A DNA stretch of 64,000 nucleotides, taken from the NCBI RefSeq assembly GCF_018350175.1, contig NC_058383.1, positions 21,950,001-22,014,000 on the forward strand, in the 5' to 3' direction. Positions 61,151 to 64,000 of the stretch are shown here, in pieces. The position numbers were made by a program, and so were the translations under genes. This stretch comes from Felis catus. Its lineage: Eukaryota. The notes beneath the pieces are model-generated. The model made no database searches. It worked only from the letters and a program-made list of their open reading frames with translations, and had not been told where the DNA came from. Each line of letters starts with the position of its first letter. Within the stretch, counting starts at the first letter, position 1.

Positions 61151-61389
61151 GGTCGGCAGAGGCGGATGCCAACGTATTCCAGAAAAGCAGAGAATGGAAA
61201 GGGGTGTGCACATGACTGTATACACGTGTGCTGGCGGGGGTGTGAGCTTCTGTGCGTGGTGCACGCACGCCTGGGTTGCAACTGAACCAGAACCACGGGC
61301 TGCGTGTGGAACCCACGGGACCTTCTCTCCCCTCTGCCATCCTGCCTTGTCCTTCTCGCATCCTCTCCCTCTTGCTATGCTCTAGATCA

Positions 61390-61970
61390 GCCATTCTCAA
61401 ACTTGAATACGCGTGTGACTAGCCTGAGCACCCCCTGAAAACGCAGGCCCTGAACACGCAGGTCTGGGGGAGACCCTGAGATTCTGCCTGCTTCTGGGAT
61501 TTCTAACCAGTTCCTGGGTGCTGCTCATGCCCCTGGTCCATGAACCACACTTTGAGTAGCCAGGCCTGGCTGACCCCAGAAGCACCCCCCCCACCCCAGA
61601 AACTGAAATAGCACTGGTGCCTGGACCCTACCACGGAGATTCTATCAGAACCTGTGGATATGGGCCCAGTCTTTTTATTTAACTTGTTTTTTAAATTTTT
61701 TATTTACTTTTGAGAGAGAGAGAGAGAGACAGACAGAGCACGAGCAGGGGAGGGGCAGACAGAGAGGAAGACACAGAAGCCGAAGCGGGCTCCAGGCTCT
61801 GAGCTGTCAGCACAGAGCCCGACGCGGGGCTCGAACTCACATTCGTGAGATCATGACCTGAGCCGAAGTCGGATGCTTAATCGACTGAGCCACCCAGGCA
61901 CCCCGGGCCCAGTCTTTTTTAGAGGCTCTGCCAGGTTATTCTAAGGTGCAGCCACAGCCCTGGGTCTGCT
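61390..61970. mobile_element. MER5-like MITEs, the second holding a felid SINE (61677-61904 -)
   Basis: ttctcaaacttga...gaaccacactttgagtagc. TSD gggcccagtcttttt at 61662-61676 and 61905-61919. Confidence 0.8.
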
Positions 61971-63719
61971 GCTCTCCTTACTGTTCCTCTAACACACATT
62001 TTCTGTCTGTGAGACCTTTGCTGTGGCCGGCCTGTCTGCCCGACCACTCTGTCCTGGGCCTTCGGGGAGCTGGCTCGTTCTTAACACTCAGGTCTCCGCC
62101 TGCCTTAACCGCTTCCAGTCACTTCCTTCGTAGAGCTTAGGATTCTATGTGAGTGTGCTAATTATTTCTATTTATTGCCTTGTTTACTTTCTGACTCCTT
62201 CACCGGAATACAAGTGCCTGTGTATCTCAAACGTCTCACACGAGACCTCATGCAAAGCAGGTAATGTGTGAGTATTTACCAGATGTCTGTCCGTTGTGTG
62301 TTGCACGGGAGGGAACCTCAGACAAGGTGGCTTCTCATGGGACAATGAGCAAAGTTGTTAACCCGGCCTGTGTGGTCCTGTGTGATCTGGCCCTTGCCCA
62401 CCCACGGCTTCTTCCACCCATACTCCTCTTGGCTCCACTACGTACTAGCTGTTTATCCTCAGGCAAGTCACTTGACTTCTCCGAGCTTTAGTTTCCTTAG
62501 CTTAAAATGGGTATAATGATGCTACCCTCGGAGGGCTGCTACAAGTGTTAAAGGGACAGTGTTAAGAGCCAAAAAGCTTGGAAACATCTTCTGGGGGTTT
62601 TATGGGTTGGATTCGCTATATGGGTGACCAGGAAAGGGATCCATAATGGGTATATTTTTAAAAAGTTGCAGTTCAATATGGAAGCCCTCATCTCATTTTT
62701 GTAAGCAAAAAATATGTGCAAATGGATTATAAGGCAGTTAATGTGAATGGTGGCCCCAGGAGTTGAGCAGTGCACTGCCTGAGCAGCTGTACGTAGGTTT
62801 TTTTGTGGATTGAAGCTAGATAGGTAGATATTGATTTAGATTTCAAATAGTCATGGATACAGATCTGCACATAGATATGTCTCAGTAGGCACAGGAAAAG
62901 ATTAATAAAGTTACTTTCAACAGTGGTTACCTCTGTGGGGTGGGAAGGGCATAGCATTTGAGTGGCAGAATTGGGAAGGCAACTTTTGCCTCTTACTCTC
63001 TATTTTTAAAAGTGGATTATGAGTGGGTTTTGCTTTCTTTGACTCTGTTTTCCTATATTTCTCAAATTTAAAACCTGAAAATTTTTAAGTTTAAAACTAA
63101 AAGCAGAGATAACATATAAGGAAATGTCTAGCTGATCACTGCCTGGTGTGGGGTTGCGTGTTCAGGAAACAGGGCAACTAGAGGGGAAAGAGAGGCCGTG
63201 GAGAGTCTGCATGATGGGGGCGGGGGGTGTTGGGGGCTAGAAGAAACCCTCAGCATGAAGCTTCCAGCTTGTCTTGGCAGTTTCCGGCCGTACCCAGGGG
63301 TGCCCCAGGGTTCCTTGGAAGTGCTAATGAGCTCACAGAGCTGTCCTCGGGTGCTGGCTGGGCCGTGTTTCTCTGGGGCATCTGGAGGTGGTGTCTCCTC
63401 TGTCTCACCTAACTACACAATGATGCTGATGTGAGGATCTCAATCCAAGTAGGACAGTGGGAGTCACCAGGAGGGAATGGTGGCGGCTCCACGTGAGTTC
63501 CGGGCTGTTTTGCTCTCCTACTCGTGCTTTTCTAGCTTCTAATGCAGGTTCTGCCATGGTGCTAGCTGTGTAACTTTGGCAAGTGATGTCTCAGTTTCCT
63601 CATCTGGGAAATGGGCATAATCATAGTACTTAACTCTCAGGGTTGTTGTGAGGATTGAATGAGATCAAATAGATGAGGCAGATAGCATGCTGAAATACTC
63701 ATTTTTAAAATTAAAAAAA

Positions 63720-64000
63720 ATTTTCCAATGTTTATTTTTGAAAGAGAGAAAGCACACATGAGAGAGTGGGGGAGGGGCAGATAGAGAGGGAGACACAGAA
63801 TCTGAAGCAGGCTCCAGGCTCCGAGCTGTCGGCACAGAGCCTGACATGGGGTTTGAGCCCACAAACCGCAAGATCATGACCTGAGCCAAAGTCTGATGCT
63901 TAACTGACTGAGCTGCCCAGGTGCCCCTAAAATTCTTCTTAAAAATTTTATTTATTTAAGTAACCCCTATATCCAATAGCGGGGCTCGAACTCATGACCC
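63720..64000 (-). mobile_element. SINE (about 63720-63928) plus the start of another SINE cut by the window edge
   Basis: T tail, AG tract and reverse head ...cccaggtgcccc. Confidence 0.85.

Larger units (their letters stand above)
47870..64000 (-). other. CACNG3: CACNG3 intron 1 (partial; exon 1 outside the window)
   Basis: No sequence encoding the N-terminal TM1/GLW-containing exon of TARPs is visible in the ORF track or sequence upstream of exon 2. Confidence 0.85.

Noticed and set aside
1..64000. CRISPR arrays, operons, REST/RE1 or strong CTCF sites, or a novel multi-gene system
   Set aside because: This is mammalian DNA. The recurring similar sequences are dispersed SINEs rather than repeat-spacer arrays. 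Only weak partial CTCF/RE1 matches were seen by eye, and no second gene is supported.

Overview
This is felid (cat-like) genomic DNA, judged from abundant tRNA-derived carnivore SINEs that include young SINEC_Fc-type copies. The only supportable protein-coding gene is the 3' part of CACNG3 (TARP gamma-3, an AMPA-receptor auxiliary subunit) on the minus strand. Its coding exons are 47786-47869, 42892-43032 and 37016-37527, followed by a ~0.58 kb 3' UTR ending at an ATTAAA signal near 36457. Exon 1 lies beyond the right edge, so 47870-64000 is intron 1, and 1-36400 is downstream intergenic DNA. The rest is mostly transposon fossils: about 48 SINEs by hand count, L1, L2, MIR, a CR1 fragment, solo ERV1/MaLR/ERVL LTRs, and hAT and Tigger DNA elements, often nested. 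I see no evidence of a new multi-gene system. The best leads are a perfect RFX X-box palindrome in intron 1, a possible spliced non-coding exon at 18588-18772, a SINE-in-SINE fold-back in intron 1, a five-element insertion stack at about 20.7-22.3 kb, and old CR1 and Tigger coding relics. Repeat subfamily names come from recalled consensus sequences and need Dfam/RepeatMasker confirmation. Repeat boundaries are approximate unless target-site duplications (TSDs) are quoted.
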